In this document: in pieces, positions 63,862 through 64,000 of the stretch | Layout of the letters: every line of letters begins with the position of its first letter | Position numbering within the stretch: position 1 is the stretch's first letter | DNA from: Malacoraja senta | Lineage: Eukaryota | Direction of reading: 5' to 3' | Length of the DNA stretch: 64,000 nucleotides | NCBI GenBank assembly: GCA_038087875.1 | Contig: CM076001.1 | Span: 684,001 to 748,000, forward strand | Program-made: the position numbers and the translations under genes | The notes under the pieces: model-generated | The model's database searches: none | Seen by the model: only the letters and a program-made list of their open reading frames with translations | Told to the model about the DNA's origin: nothing

Positions 63862-64000
63862 TAGCCCTGTCTCACGGTGCGAGTTGACCCACGAGGTACC
63901 CTGAGTGAAAGACTCGTGGTTGTGTACGAGATTCCAAGTGTATGATCAAGAGTTTAACCGAGTTCCCATGGGTATGACTAAGTTTGCCGTTTACTTGTCA
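63862..64000. mobile_element. Second copy of the Harbinger element, opposite orientation, running off the window
   Basis: Nearly identical to the reverse complement of 29577-29714; preceded by TAA. Confidence 0.9.

Overview
Repeat-dominated eukaryotic DNA with two assembly gaps (1057-1256, 35728-35927). The mix of CR1 LINEs, V-SINE/HE1-like SINEs, Penelope, DIRS and L1 suggests a cartilaginous fish such as a skate or ray (inference). The only host gene evidence is on the + strand: a 228-nt exon encoding sarcomeric myosin heavy chain rod sequence, most like MYH16 (16539-16766), and an upstream candidate start-codon exon (ATG at 12304, donor after 12444). Spliced together they would give a motor-less myosin-rod protein with a novel 47-aa N-terminus. 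The most striking non-coding feature is a 137-bp retroposon (43528-43664, minus strand, 12-bp target-site duplication, TSD) whose first 53 nt fold into a minimal HDV/CPEB3-like self-cleaving ribozyme with the predicted cleavage site exactly at the element's 5' end. Also present: a stack of non-autonomous Helitrons with internal minisatellites (1.2-6.9 kb); a full-length CR1 inserted into a Penelope element; a structurally complete DIRS element (ITRs plus ICR, recombined into a CR1 at an AAAAT core) carrying a nested L1; Harbinger and hAT MITEs; and many short fold-back Penelope-derived units bearing hammerhead-like cores. All calls are by eye, no searches were run, and repeat boundaries without TSDs are approximate.
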